Shown piece by piece: positions 10,457 through 20,404 of a DNA stretch of 64,000 nt. Each line of letters starts with the position of its first letter. Positions within the stretch are counted from its first letter, which is position 1. The translations under genes were made by a program, and so were the position numbers. Location: contig CAXXVS010000003.1 of the NCBI GenBank assembly GCA_963674755.2, forward strand, positions 1,440,001 to 1,504,000, given 5' to 3'. The notes under the pieces were generated by a model. That model was not told where the DNA came from. It did not search any database and saw only the letters and a program-made list of their open reading frames with translations. Source of the stretch: Desulfobacterales bacterium (GTDB lineage Bacteria; Desulfobacterota; Desulfobacteria; Desulfobacterales; UBA5852).

Positions 10457-12695
10457 CCGGCAACGGGTCTTTATCAGCGGCATGGGCATTATCAGCGCCA
10501 TGGGGATCGGCGTGGACGCGACGCTCAAGGCGCTGCAGCGCGCCGCCACGGGCATTCGCCCCCTGACGCTTTTCCCGTGCCCGTTTGAAACGCCCCTGCC
10601 GGTGGGTGAGGTGGGGGACCTGCCCCGGGTGGCGGTGGGCCTGCCGCGGACCCACCAGCTGGCGCTGGCGGCCGTTCAGGAGGCCATGCAGGATGCGGAA
10701 ACGGTTCCGGACATGGTCATTATGGGAGTGACCACCGGGGGGATGCTCTCCACCGAGCGTGATTTGAAGCAGGGGCGGCGCATTCCGCGGTTTTCGCCCT
10801 ACCATGCGGCCGGTTCGGTGGCGGGAGTGCTTGCGGAAGAATGCGGCTGCCGCGGGCCGGTGATGACCGTATCTACGGCCTGTTCCTCCGGCGCCGTGGC
10901 CATCAAACTGGCCCTGGAGGTGCTTCGGCAGGGGGGCGCCCGGACCGTCCTGGTGGGGGGAGCGGATTCTCTGTGCCGGTTGACCTATTACGGTTTCAAC
11001 AGCCTGCAGATCGTGGACCGCCACGGCGCCCGTCCCATGGATCGGGACCGCCAGGGCATGAATGTGGGCGAGGGGGCGGCCATGCTGCTCTTGACAGCGG
11101 CCCACCAACCGCCACCCCGGGCGGTGGCCGAGGTCCTCGGCGGGGGGCTGTCCTGCGATGCCCACCACCCGGCGGCCCCCCACCCCGAAGGCCGGGGGGC
11201 CTACGATGCCATGGCCGCCGCCCTGTCGGACGCCGGCTTGCCGCCCCTATCCATAGATTATGTCAATCTGCATGGCACCGGCACCAAAGAAAACGATTTG
11301 TCCGAAGCGGTTGCCCTGCGGCGCATTTTCAAAGAGAACCTGCCGCCCGTCTCCTCGGTCAAAGGCTGTTTCGGCCACTCGCTGGCCGCGTCCGGTGTTA
11401 TCGAAGCGGTTGTGGCGGCCCTGTGTATCCGGGAAGGCTTTTTGCCGGCCAACGTGGGCTGGCGTCATCGCGACGAGGCCATCGGCTTCTGCCCGCTGGA
11501 GGCCCCCCGGTCCCAGGCGGTGGGGAAAGTCCTTTCCAACTCGTTTGGCTTCGGCGGCAACAACGCCGTGCTGGTGCTTGGGGACGCCGCGCCCTTGTCG
11601 ACGGCCCCCTCCGCGTCGGACTGGCGCACGCTGCAGGTCCGCAGCTACGCTTGTCTTACCGGGGCCGGCGGCACCGCCGCTACGCTGGAACGATTTTTCA
11701 GGGGGGCGTCCTGCAAGGGCACACTGGCGGCGGATCGCCTGACCGAAGGCCTGCCGCCCCGATCCGTAAGGCGGATGAAGCGCCTGCCGCGGATCGCCCT
11801 GGGGCTGGCGGCCCGAACCCTGAGGCGGATCGAGGGCGTCGGTCCTATCAGCGATGTCTATTTCGGGACGGCCTGGGGGGCGCTTTCGGAAACCCATGAT
11901 TTTCTGGACAAACTTTACGCAACCCAGGAGTTTTTCACCAGCCCCATCGATTTCGTGGGATCGGTCCACAATGCCCCGGCCGGTCAGATCGCCATGCGGG
12001 AGGGCGCCCGGGGGGCCAACGTCACCATGACCGGCGGCGATGCCTCTTTCGAGCAGGCCCTGACCGCGGCCCGTTTTCTGGCCGCCGGCGGCCGACAGTC
12101 GGTCCTGGTGGGAGGCGCCGATGAAATGCATCCCATTTTTTCAGCCCTCTTCGATCGATCGGTGACAATGGCCGACACCCCTTCGGACGGCGGCGGCATG
12201 CTGCTGCTGGAAACGGCCGGCGAAGCGGCCGGGCTGACGCTGCAGCCGGGATTTTTGGCGCCGGTGGGGAATCTGGGCGATTCCCTGGAGGCTGCGGCCG
12301 CTTTTCATGGCGGACCGGACGGCATCAACCAGCGCATCGGTGCGATCATGGTTGGCATCCCCGCCGTCTGCCGGGAGGAGGCCACCCCGCTTCTGGAAGC
12401 GTTCCGGCGCCGACTGGGGTTTGAAGGCCCTTTTATCGATTATCGCCGCTATGTGGGGGAATTCGGCTCGGCTTCGGCCGTGGCCGCCGTGATCGCCCTG
12501 GCGCTCCTGGAGCGCGGGTCGGTTCCCGGCCCGCTGGCAGGAGGAAAAGAGTGGGCCCTGGCCGGCCGCGGCATCTTGCTGCTGGGCCTGGGGGCGACCC
12601 TGTCGACGATGCTGGCCGATTCGTCCGGCAGCGTTGTGCGCGACAGCGGGGGATCCTACTGCCGGAAGACCCCGTTTGGGGAGCCTATCCCTTGA
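10449..12695 (+). CDS. Fused ketosynthase / chain-length-factor protein
   Basis: The N-half has TACSS, HGTGT, GHSL and NSFGFGG (active KS). The C-half has RRMKRL...SPIDFVGSVHNAPAG and lacks the catalytic Cys (CLF, ApeC-like). Confidence 0.85.
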   Translation: MADRQRVFISGMGIISAMGIGVDATLKALQRAATGIRPLTLFPCPFETPLPVGEVGDLPRVAVGLPRTHQLALAAVQEAMQDAETVPDMVIMGVTTGGMLSTERDLKQGRRIPRFSPYHAAGSVAGVLAEECGCRGPVMTVSTACSSGAVAIKLALEVLRQGGARTVLVGGADSLCRLTYYGFNSLQIVDRHGARPMDRDRQGMNVGEGAAMLLLTAAHQPPPRAVAEVLGGGLSCDAHHPAAPHPEGRGAYDAMAAALSDAGLPPLSIDYVNLHGTGTKENDLSEAVALRRIFKENLPPVSSVKGCFGHSLAASGVIEAVVAALCIREGFLPANVGWRHRDEAIGFCPLEAPRSQAVGKVLSNSFGFGGNNAVLVLGDAAPLSTAPSASDWRTLQVRSYACLTGAGGTAATLERFFRGASCKGTLAADRLTEGLPPRSVRRMKRLPRIALGLAARTLRRIEGVGPISDVYFGTAWGALSETHDFLDKLYATQEFFTSPIDFVGSVHNAPAGQIAMREGARGANVTMTGGDASFEQALTAARFLAAGGRQSVLVGGADEMHPIFSALFDRSVTMADTPSDGGGMLLLETAGEAAGLTLQPGFLAPVGNLGDSLEAAAAFHGGPDGINQRIGAIMVGIPAVCREEATPLLEAFRRRLGFEGPFIDYRRYVGEFGSASAVAAVIALALLERGSVPGPLAGGKEWALAGRGILLLGLGATLSTMLADSSGSVVRDSGGSYCRKTPFGEPIP

Positions 12696-14041
12696 ATGTC
12701 CTGCTCGTGTCGGCCAACCGGCTCAAGGCCCCCTATGTGGTCTATCCCCTGGGGCTGGACTATGTGATGCAGGCCATCGAAGACCGCCATCAGGTGCGGG
12801 TGGTGGACCTCAACGCCTCTGGCGACGACACAGCCCTGGGAACGATGATAAAGGACTTCCCTCCCGACATCGTGGGACTTTCCATCCGCAACATCGACAA
12901 CACGGATGGCCTCGATTCGCGGGGCTTCATCGGGCAGCACCGGGATCTGGTGACCTTGATCAGATCCCAGACCGCGGCGCCCATCGTTCTGGGCGGCAGC
13001 GGCTTCACGATCTTCCCGGCCGAATTGATGGCCCTGCTGGGGGCCGACTACGGGATCATCGGAGAGGGCGAGCGCCTGGCCGCGCTGCTGGAGGCCATCG
13101 AAAAGGGGAGGGACCCCGCCGGGCTCCCCGGGGTGATCCTGCCGGGTCAGGCCGCGAATCTGCCTGAGCCGCTCGATACCCCCGTGGGCCGGACGCTCAA
13201 TGGGTCCCCTGCCGTAACGGATTACTATGTGCGCCACGGGGGCATGCTCAATCTCCAGTCCAAAAGAGGATGTCCGTTCCGCTGCATCTATTGCACCTAT
13301 CCCCACATCGAGGGGCGCTCCATGCGGCTGATCCCGCCCGGGGAAGTGGCGGCCACGGCCCTGGCCCTGCAAAAGGCCGGTGCGCGCTACCTGTTTATCA
13401 CGGATTCCGCCTTCAATGCGGATTATGCGCACAGCCGGGCGGTGGCGGAGGCCTTCCGGGGTGCCGGCCTGTCCATTCCCTGGGGAGCCTTTTTTGCGCC
13501 CACCCGTCCGCCGGGGGACTATTTCGTCCGTCTGGCCCAGGCCGGGCTGTCCCACGTCGAGTTCGGCACCGAGGCCATGGCGGACACCGTTCTTAAGGCC
13601 TACCGCAAGCCCTTTCGGGTGGCCGACATCCGCGTCGCCCATCAGGCGGCCCAGGCGGCGGGGGTGCATTGCGCCCATTATCTGCTGTTGGGCGGGCCAG
13701 GCGAGACAGCGGCCACCCTTGCGGAAACGCTTTCCAATATTGACAAATTGCGCAACACCGTTGTATTTTTTTTCTGCGGTATGCGGATTTACCCGCATAC
13801 CGCTCTTTATCGTTTGGCGGTCGCGCAAGGGGTCATTGCCCCGGACGCGGACCTGCTGAAACCCGTCTTCTACCGATCCGAGGATCTCGATGAAGACATC
13901 ATCCTGGAAAAGGTAAGGCAGGCGGCCGGCGGAAGAGCCAACTGGCTTTTCGGCGCCGGCGGGGAAGAAACGGAAAAGATCCTGGCTCGGTTGCACCGCA
14001 GCGGATTCACCGGACCGCTGTGGGAATTCCTGATTCGCTGA
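12692..14041 (+). CDS. Lipid-biosynthesis B12-binding radical SAM enzyme
   Basis: TTG start overlaps the KS-CLF stop (TTGA); VYPLGLDY, SIRNIDN, GGSGF, GEGE and KRGCPFRCIYC motifs. Confidence 0.88.
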   Translation: MNVLLVSANRLKAPYVVYPLGLDYVMQAIEDRHQVRVVDLNASGDDTALGTMIKDFPPDIVGLSIRNIDNTDGLDSRGFIGQHRDLVTLIRSQTAAPIVLGGSGFTIFPAELMALLGADYGIIGEGERLAALLEAIEKGRDPAGLPGVILPGQAANLPEPLDTPVGRTLNGSPAVTDYYVRHGGMLNLQSKRGCPFRCIYCTYPHIEGRSMRLIPPGEVAATALALQKAGARYLFITDSAFNADYAHSRAVAEAFRGAGLSIPWGAFFAPTRPPGDYFVRLAQAGLSHVEFGTEAMADTVLKAYRKPFRVADIRVAHQAAQAAGVHCAHYLLLGGPGETAATLAETLSNIDKLRNTVVFFFCGMRIYPHTALYRLAVAQGVIAPDADLLKPVFYRSEDLDEDIILEKVRQAAGGRANWLFGAGGEETEKILARLHRSGFTGPLWEFLIR

Positions 14042-14074
14042 GCGCCATCCGAAAAGAGAAGGACTTGATTACCA

Positions 14075-14422
14075 ATGCCGCCCAACACCGAACAGACCGC
14101 AGCCACAACCCGGCAGGTTGCCGTTCCGGCGGATTCGCTCTGGTTCCAGGGACATTTTCCGGGCGATCCCATGCTGCCGGGCATCGCCCAACTGCATCTC
14201 GTTGTGGAGACGCTAAAGGAGCGCCTGGGAGAAGGCCTACGTCTGACCAGCCTCAAACGGGTGCGGTTCAAACGCGTCATCCGGCCCGACGAGACCGTCG
14301 CGATCGCCGCCGATCCTGTGCCGGACAAGCCCGGCCTGTACCGCTTTCAATTGACAATCGGGGGCGAAAATGCCTGCGGCGGCTTGATGATGACCGATCG
14401 TGCCAATGCTGATGATCCGTGA
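14075..14422 (+). CDS. FabA/FabZ-like hot-dog dehydratase (ApeI-like)
   Basis: WFQGHFPGDPMLPG and VRFKRVIRP motifs. Confidence 0.85.
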   Translation: MPPNTEQTAATTRQVAVPADSLWFQGHFPGDPMLPGIAQLHLVVETLKERLGEGLRLTSLKRVRFKRVIRPDETVAIAADPVPDKPGLYRFQLTIGGENACGGLMMTDRANADDP

Positions 14423-14488
14423 CGGGACCCCCGTGACGGTTAATGTTTAGGGTGAATTTGGAAATAGCTTAGAAGGGAGACACCATCA

Positions 14489-14749
14489 ATGGCAGTTGAA
14501 AGCAAGGAATCCGAGATTGTCCTGAAGGTCGCCGAAGTGCTGATCGATGAGTTGAAGCTGGAGGATGTGACCCCGGCGACCTTCGATCCGGAGATCGACC
14601 TGGTGGATGAAATCGGCATCGATAGCATGGATCTGGCCACCGTGGCGCTGGTCCTGCAGGATCATTACGGTATCCGCTTTGACGAGGACGATTATCCGAC
14701 GCTGACGACCGTGCGCAAGATTGCGGCTTATATCGGGGAGCGCCTCTAA
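14489..14749 (+). CDS. Acyl carrier protein 2
   Basis: Acidic 86-aa protein with the IGIDSMDL motif; AGGGAG RBS. Confidence 0.9.
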   Translation: MAVESKESEIVLKVAEVLIDELKLEDVTPATFDPEIDLVDEIGIDSMDLATVALVLQDHYGIRFDEDDYPTLTTVRKIAAYIGERL

Positions 14750-14776
14750 TTCTGAAAATCCCATGGGGAAAACCGC

Positions 14777-15871
14777 GTGACTGTACCACAAATAAAGGAT
14801 GATCAACACGTTTGCCGCGAACCTGAAACCCAATGGAAATTCGCCGATATCCTGGCGGATGCGGCCATCAATGAACGCTGGCAAAAGGTGCGCCGCTATT
14901 TTTTCCTGCGGGAGTCCACCTATGACATGACCCGGCGCTGCAATATCCGCTGCGAGGGCTGCTACTTCTTCGAAGGCGCCAAGCAATTTGCCGATGAAAA
15001 TGCCGATCCGGACGCCTGGCGGCAGCTCATGCAGGACGAAAAAGCCCGCGGGGTGACCTTTGTGGTGCTGGCCGGCGCCGAGCCGGGGCTCGTGCCGGAA
15101 CTCTGCCGGGTGTGCTACGAAGAGATGCCCCTGGGAACCATCGCCACCAACGGTCTGGTCCGCATCCCGGAAACCGTGGGCTACAAAATCCATATCTCGG
15201 TATGGGGCAATGATGCCACCAGCCGGCGCGTTCGCGGGGCCGCGCACATGCTGGAGCGCCAGATCGAAAATTACCGGAACGATCCCCGGGCGGTTTTCGT
15301 CTACACCTTTACCCCGGCCAACATCGAGGACGCCCGCGAGGTGGCGGAGATTCTGGCCGCCCGGGATGCCAAACTCACCTTCAACATGTTTTCCGCCCCG
15401 GTGGGGTATGACGGCCCGTTGAAGCACACCCCGGCTTCCCTGCGGAAAGTCCGGGAAACGATGCTGCAACTCCTTGCCGACTACCCGGAGCATGTCCTGT
15501 TTTCCAATTACAATGCCGTGGTACACACCCACGAGTTGGGCCTGCATGCCTTGTTCGCCTGCCCCTATCCCCGACGGAATGCTTCCCACAATGTCGGCCT
15601 GGGGCGTTCCTTCCGTCAATACCGCACCGACCTGAACTGGGATCGCCAGGCGGCCTGTTGCGTGCCGGATACGGACTGCGGCGATTGCCGCCATTACGCC
15701 GCCGGGAGCGCCATCGTGACCGCCAAACTGTTCCGCCACGCCACCGACCCGGTAACCTTCAGCGCCTGGTTGGACTATGTGGACACCTACCTGGCGGTTT
15801 GGGTCAAGGGGTATGAAAAAGGCGCCAATCTCTACAGCGGTGTCACCGAACCTCCCTGTTGTGCGCCTTGA
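14777..15871 (+). CDS. Radical SAM enzyme of unknown function (paralog A)
   Basis: YDMTRRCNIRCEGCYFF, LAGAEP, TNG; C-terminal CCVPDTDCGDC Cys cluster. Confidence 0.85.
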   Translation: MTVPQIKDDQHVCREPETQWKFADILADAAINERWQKVRRYFFLRESTYDMTRRCNIRCEGCYFFEGAKQFADENADPDAWRQLMQDEKARGVTFVVLAGAEPGLVPELCRVCYEEMPLGTIATNGLVRIPETVGYKIHISVWGNDATSRRVRGAAHMLERQIENYRNDPRAVFVYTFTPANIEDAREVAEILAARDAKLTFNMFSAPVGYDGPLKHTPASLRKVRETMLQLLADYPEHVLFSNYNAVVHTHELGLHALFACPYPRRNASHNVGLGRSFRQYRTDLNWDRQAACCVPDTDCGDCRHYAAGSAIVTAKLFRHATDPVTFSAWLDYVDTYLAVWVKGYEKGANLYSGVTEPPCCAP

Positions 15872-15956
15872 ACAGGTGCCGGCCCAGGAGGGTTGCCCCC
15901 ACGCTGACCGGCAATCCCAGGGCTTTATGGCTGATTGTCGTTAGAAGGAGTTGTTG

Positions 15957-16955
15957 ATGAAAACGGTAAGTTCCCTGCTGGATGAGGCCTGGTATGCACG
16001 CTACAAGCGCATTTCCAAGCTGAACATCCGCAGTTCGATCTATGATGTCACCAACCGCTGCAACCTGCGCTGCAAGGGTTGCTTTTTCTTCTCTTCCGGC
16101 GAGGACAAGGCGGCCGACGAGGAAACCCGTCTGGAACGCTGGGAGACCTTTATCGACGACGAGATGGCCCGGGGGGTCAACCTGGCCATCCTGATCGGCG
16201 GTGAGCCCACCCTCCACCTGGATCGCGTGGAAGCCTTCTACCGGCGGCTGCCCACCTTCTGTGCCACCAACGGCCTGATCAAGGTGCCCCGGGACCGGTT
16301 CCCGGACCTGATGGTGGGGATCTCTCTGTGGGGGGACGAAAACGACGAGAAGGCCCTGCGAGGCAAAGACACTTTCGCCGTGTCGAGCCGCAACTACGCG
16401 GGCGATCCCCACACCTACTACCTTTACACCATCACCCCCAAACAGATCGGCAAGATCGAAACGGTGGTGCGCAAGATCCGGGATGTGGGCGTCAAGGTCC
16501 ATATGCAGCTGCTCTCCAACGACGAGGGCGTGGACGGTTTTTCCTGGAAGGACGAAGAGCTTCGGGATGTGCGCTTCGAGATGGACGAGATGCTGGACCG
16601 CTACCCGGACACCGTGATCTCCTGCAAATATTACCACCAGGTGATCACCTCGGGGGAGATGCTGGGGCGCCCCTTCGGGTGGAACGAATGCCCTTCGGTC
16701 ACCGAACCCCTGGACACCCGGGACCCCCAGCCCAAGCGCCTGATCCATTTCATCCGCTGGGCCTCGGACCTCGAGACCATGCACCGCTGCTGCACCTCGG
16801 AGACCCGGGACTGCCGGACCTGCAAGGACGGGGCCGCCCACATGAGCTGGATTATGGTCAACAAGCGGGCCCATATCCGCACCAGCGAAGATTTGCAGAA
16901 CTGGATCGAGGTTTACGAGATGTTCGCCAAACTTTACCAGTTCATTCCCTGGTAG
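15957..16955 (+). CDS. Radical SAM enzyme of unknown function (paralog B)
   Basis: YDVTNRCNLRCKGCFFF, LIGGEPTL, TNG; C-terminal CCTSETRDCRTC; GAAGGAG RBS. Confidence 0.85.
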   Translation: MKTVSSLLDEAWYARYKRISKLNIRSSIYDVTNRCNLRCKGCFFFSSGEDKAADEETRLERWETFIDDEMARGVNLAILIGGEPTLHLDRVEAFYRRLPTFCATNGLIKVPRDRFPDLMVGISLWGDENDEKALRGKDTFAVSSRNYAGDPHTYYLYTITPKQIGKIETVVRKIRDVGVKVHMQLLSNDEGVDGFSWKDEELRDVRFEMDEMLDRYPDTVISCKYYHQVITSGEMLGRPFGWNECPSVTEPLDTRDPQPKRLIHFIRWASDLETMHRCCTSETRDCRTCKDGAAHMSWIMVNKRAHIRTSEDLQNWIEVYEMFAKLYQFIPW

Positions 16956-17165
16956 AGCGGCGCGTGCCGCTCCCGCCGATGCATTTTCCGGCCGGAGCAC
17001 AGGACCTTTTTCGCCGCCGTTTCGGCCCTGATTCAGGACACGCCGAAGCGGCGGTTCGTTTTCTTCGACGTGGAGGAAAATGAACGCTTTTTTTAAACGC
17101 TTCCGGAAAGGTTCTATCTTTTTTCTACCCTTTTACCGGAAGCTGTGCATTAGCATTAACAACAA

Positions 17166-18416
17166 ATGAAATCTTCGAAAACCGTCATTGTCGGCTGGGA
17201 CATGGTCTCCCCCCTGGGGACCGAGCTGGAGGACCAGTGGACCCGTGCCGCCGCCGGGACGAGCGGCATCGGTCCCCTGACGCGCTTCGCCCTTCCGGAA
17301 AACTTCCCGGTGGCCATCGCCGGCCAGGTGCCGGACTGGGACGCCGGCCCCTATCCCTTCCTATCCCCCCGGCAAATGGCCCACTGGACATCGCCCATTT
17401 TCCCCCATGCCCTGCTGGTGGTGCACCGTGCCCTGGCCCGGGCCGGGATCGCGATCACCTCCGAGCTGGCCCCCCGGGTGGCCGTCACCTTCAGCAGCGC
17501 CGTCGGCGGCCTGGATGCGGTGCTCGCGGCCGACCGCAGGATGATCGCGGAAAACAAGCTGCCGCATCCCTTCACCAACCCCAATTCCTGCATCAACATG
17601 GTGGGGGGCAAGGTCTCCATCCTGACCGGCGCCACCGGCCCCATCACCGCCACCATCACGGCCTGCGCCACCGGCGTGACTTCCCTCATCATGGGGCACT
17701 TGCTCCTGGAACAGGGCCGGGCCGACCTGGCCATCTGCGGGGCCGTGGATTTCTGCCTGGTGGAGCCCATCGTGGCCGGCTTCGCCACCATGAACGGGGC
17801 CTACCAGCCCAAACCCGGCCAGGCACCGCTGCCGCCCGCACAGGCCAGCCGGCCTTTTTCCATGGGCCGGCGGGGATTCGTCATTGCGGAGGGGGCCGGC
17901 TGCCTCCTCCTGGCCACCGAGGCCTTTGCCCGGGACCACGGCCTGCCCCGGGACATTGCCCTGGCGGGCTGGAGCATGACCTCGGATGCCGCCCACTTCG
18001 TGGCGCCCAACCCGGCCACGGTTACCCGCTGCATCGCGGAAGCCGTGAACGACGCCGGTTTAAAGCCGGCCGAGGTGGATGCGGTCAACGCCCACGGGAC
18101 CTCCACCCGCATCGGAGACACGGTGGAAGCCGATGCCCTGACGGCTGTTTTCGGGGATCGCCCGCCGCCGGTGTCGGCCAACAAATCCATGACCGGCCAC
18201 GCCATGGGCGCTTCCAGCGCCATCGAAACCATTCTGGCCATCGAAGGCCTGCGGCGGGGGGCGTTGCTGCCCACCATCAACCACCAGCCGGACCCGGACA
18301 TCAAACTGGATGTGGTGGGGGAAGGGGCCCGCGCGCTGGATCAGACCTTCGTTTTGAAAAATGCCTTCGGGTTCGGCGGCTGCAACGCCTGCATCATTCT
18401 TCAGCGGCGGGGATGA
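17166..18416 (+). CDS. Beta-ketoacyl-ACP synthase (FabF family), KS-2
   Basis: TACATG, HGTST, GHAMGA and NAFGFGG motifs. Confidence 0.9.
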   Translation: MKSSKTVIVGWDMVSPLGTELEDQWTRAAAGTSGIGPLTRFALPENFPVAIAGQVPDWDAGPYPFLSPRQMAHWTSPIFPHALLVVHRALARAGIAITSELAPRVAVTFSSAVGGLDAVLAADRRMIAENKLPHPFTNPNSCINMVGGKVSILTGATGPITATITACATGVTSLIMGHLLLEQGRADLAICGAVDFCLVEPIVAGFATMNGAYQPKPGQAPLPPAQASRPFSMGRRGFVIAEGAGCLLLATEAFARDHGLPRDIALAGWSMTSDAAHFVAPNPATVTRCIAEAVNDAGLKPAEVDAVNAHGTSTRIGDTVEADALTAVFGDRPPPVSANKSMTGHAMGASSAIETILAIEGLRRGALLPTINHQPDPDIKLDVVGEGARALDQTFVLKNAFGFGGCNACIILQRRG

Positions 18417-18658
18417 TAGAGCCGTTCCGGCTCGGCCGGCAGTGCATCCTGTCCAAACCGGCCAATCCATGATATGGCCCCCCTTCGGAAAAGGTGAAAA
18501 AGGACCGGCCGAAACCGACATCCCGGGTGCGGCCCCTTTATTATCCGACAATTGCGGTTATATTGGAAAAATGTGTGACCCTGCAAGCCGCCGGCTGTCG
18601 CGCGGCCTGGGATGAATGATGATCCGTACCTGACCGTGAAAAGGTGATCCGCTAGACC

Positions 18659-19924
18659 ATGAAAGCACCGGCCAATCGACACGTCTACGTTGTGGGCTAC
18701 GGGACGGCCACCCCGCTGGGGTTGACCTTCCCCGAAACCTGGCGGCGCGCCGTCCGGGGGGAATCGGGCCTGCGCCCCATCACCCGCTGCCAGGTGGAGA
18801 CCCGCAACAACGTGGTGGGCGAGATTCCGGGCTGGAACCCCGAGACCCTGGATTTCGTCGATAAAAAAGAGGCCTACAACTGGAATGCGGACTTCGTTCT
18901 GCTGACCATGGCCGTCTGCCGGGAAGCCCTGGCCCATGCGGGGCTCCCCATGGACGAGAAGATCGGACCGCGCACGGCCTGCCTGGTGGGATCGGCCTTG
19001 AACGGAACCGACGCCTACCGGACCGCCATGGACAATTACGTCAACCGCGGGCCGCTGAAGGTCAGTCCCTATCTTCTGCCCAACCTGTGCGCCAACCTGC
19101 CGGCGGGCAAGAGCGGCATGCTGGAGGGGTTCACCGGTCCGATTTTTTCCCCCCAGGGGGCCTGCGCCTCGGGCAACCACGCCATCGGTATCGGGGCCCG
19201 CATGATCCGCGACGGGGATTGCGACGTGGCCCTGGTGGGGGGCGTGGATACCTGCCTGATTCCGGAGATCATTCACGGTTTTGCCAATATGCTGGCCACC
19301 ATCAGCATCGGCCCCAAGGATCGGGCTTTTGGGGATCCGGGACAGGCCTCACGTCCCTTCAGCAGCGACCGTAAGGGGATGGTACTGTCCGAAGGAGGCG
19401 GCGTCCTGGTGCTGGCAGCGGACGACATCGTGTCCGCCCATGGCCTCAAGGCCCGGGCCGAGGTCCTGGGGATCGGCTGGACCTCGGATGCCTTTCACTT
19501 CACCCAGCCCAACGCGGAGACCATCGTGCGGGCCATCCGGGAGGCCATCGACGATGCCGGCCTGCAGCCGGAGGACATCCAGGTTGTCAATGCCCACGGC
19601 ACCTCGACCCTCAAGGGGGACCGCACGGAAATCGAGTGCCTGCGCAGCGTCTTCGGCGGGCGCGTTGGACGGATTCCGGTCTCGGCCAACAAATCCCAGA
19701 TCGGCCATTCCCTGGGGGCGGCGGCGGCCATCGAGGCCGCCCTGGCCATCGAGGGCATGCAGCGGGGGCTGATCCTGCCCACCATCAACCACATCCCCGA
19801 TCCGCATTTCGACGATATCGACGTGGTGCCCGGCCAGGCCCGGCACCAGGCCCACGAAATCGTGCTCTCCAATGCCTTCGGGTTCGGCGGCACCAACTGC
19901 TGCGTCGTGCTGCGAGGTCTGTAA
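18659..19924 (+). CDS. Beta-ketoacyl-ACP synthase (FabF family), KS-3
   Basis: GACASG, HGTST, GHSLGA and NAFGFGG motifs. Confidence 0.9.
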   Translation: MKAPANRHVYVVGYGTATPLGLTFPETWRRAVRGESGLRPITRCQVETRNNVVGEIPGWNPETLDFVDKKEAYNWNADFVLLTMAVCREALAHAGLPMDEKIGPRTACLVGSALNGTDAYRTAMDNYVNRGPLKVSPYLLPNLCANLPAGKSGMLEGFTGPIFSPQGACASGNHAIGIGARMIRDGDCDVALVGGVDTCLIPEIIHGFANMLATISIGPKDRAFGDPGQASRPFSSDRKGMVLSEGGGVLVLAADDIVSAHGLKARAEVLGIGWTSDAFHFTQPNAETIVRAIREAIDDAGLQPEDIQVVNAHGTSTLKGDRTEIECLRSVFGGRVGRIPVSANKSQIGHSLGAAAAIEAALAIEGMQRGLILPTINHIPDPHFDDIDVVPGQARHQAHEIVLSNAFGFGGTNCCVVLRGL

Positions 19925-20404
19925 ATGAAGCCCAAACCCTTTCGGCCGGAACCGTTCGACGGAGCGCCCAACTATGTGCGCGATGACTCCGGCGGACAGG
20001 TTTGGCACCGCTGCCACACCCGCGTGCTCTACGCCGACACCGACCGCTCCCAGGTGGTCTACCACGGCAACTACCTGCGCTATTTCGAGTTCGGACGGGC
20101 CTCCCTGATGCGGGATGCCGGCTATCCTTACAAGGCGGTCGAAGAAAATGGGTTTGTCTACCCGATCATCGAGATCGGCCTCAAATATGTCAGCCCCTTG
20201 CACTATGACGACCCCATCTGGGTCAATACCCGCCCGGCCGACCTGGAGCGGGTGCGGCTGAGCTTCGACTACGTGATTACCCACCGGGAGACGGGCGACC
20301 TGATCTGTACGGGCACCACCCGCCACTGCGCCACCAACACCGCCGGTGTGCCGGTGGGCATCGACGAACAGACCTTAAACCTATGGCAGACTTTTCCCCG
20401 CTAA
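19925..20404 (+). CDS. Acyl-CoA/ACP thioesterase (YbgC/4HBT family, ApeK-like)
   Basis: RVLYADTDRSQVVYHGNYLRYFEFGR motif. Confidence 0.88.
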   Translation: MKPKPFRPEPFDGAPNYVRDDSGGQVWHRCHTRVLYADTDRSQVVYHGNYLRYFEFGRASLMRDAGYPYKAVEENGFVYPIIEIGLKYVSPLHYDDPIWVNTRPADLERVRLSFDYVITHRETGDLICTGTTRHCATNTAGVPVGIDEQTLNLWQTFPR

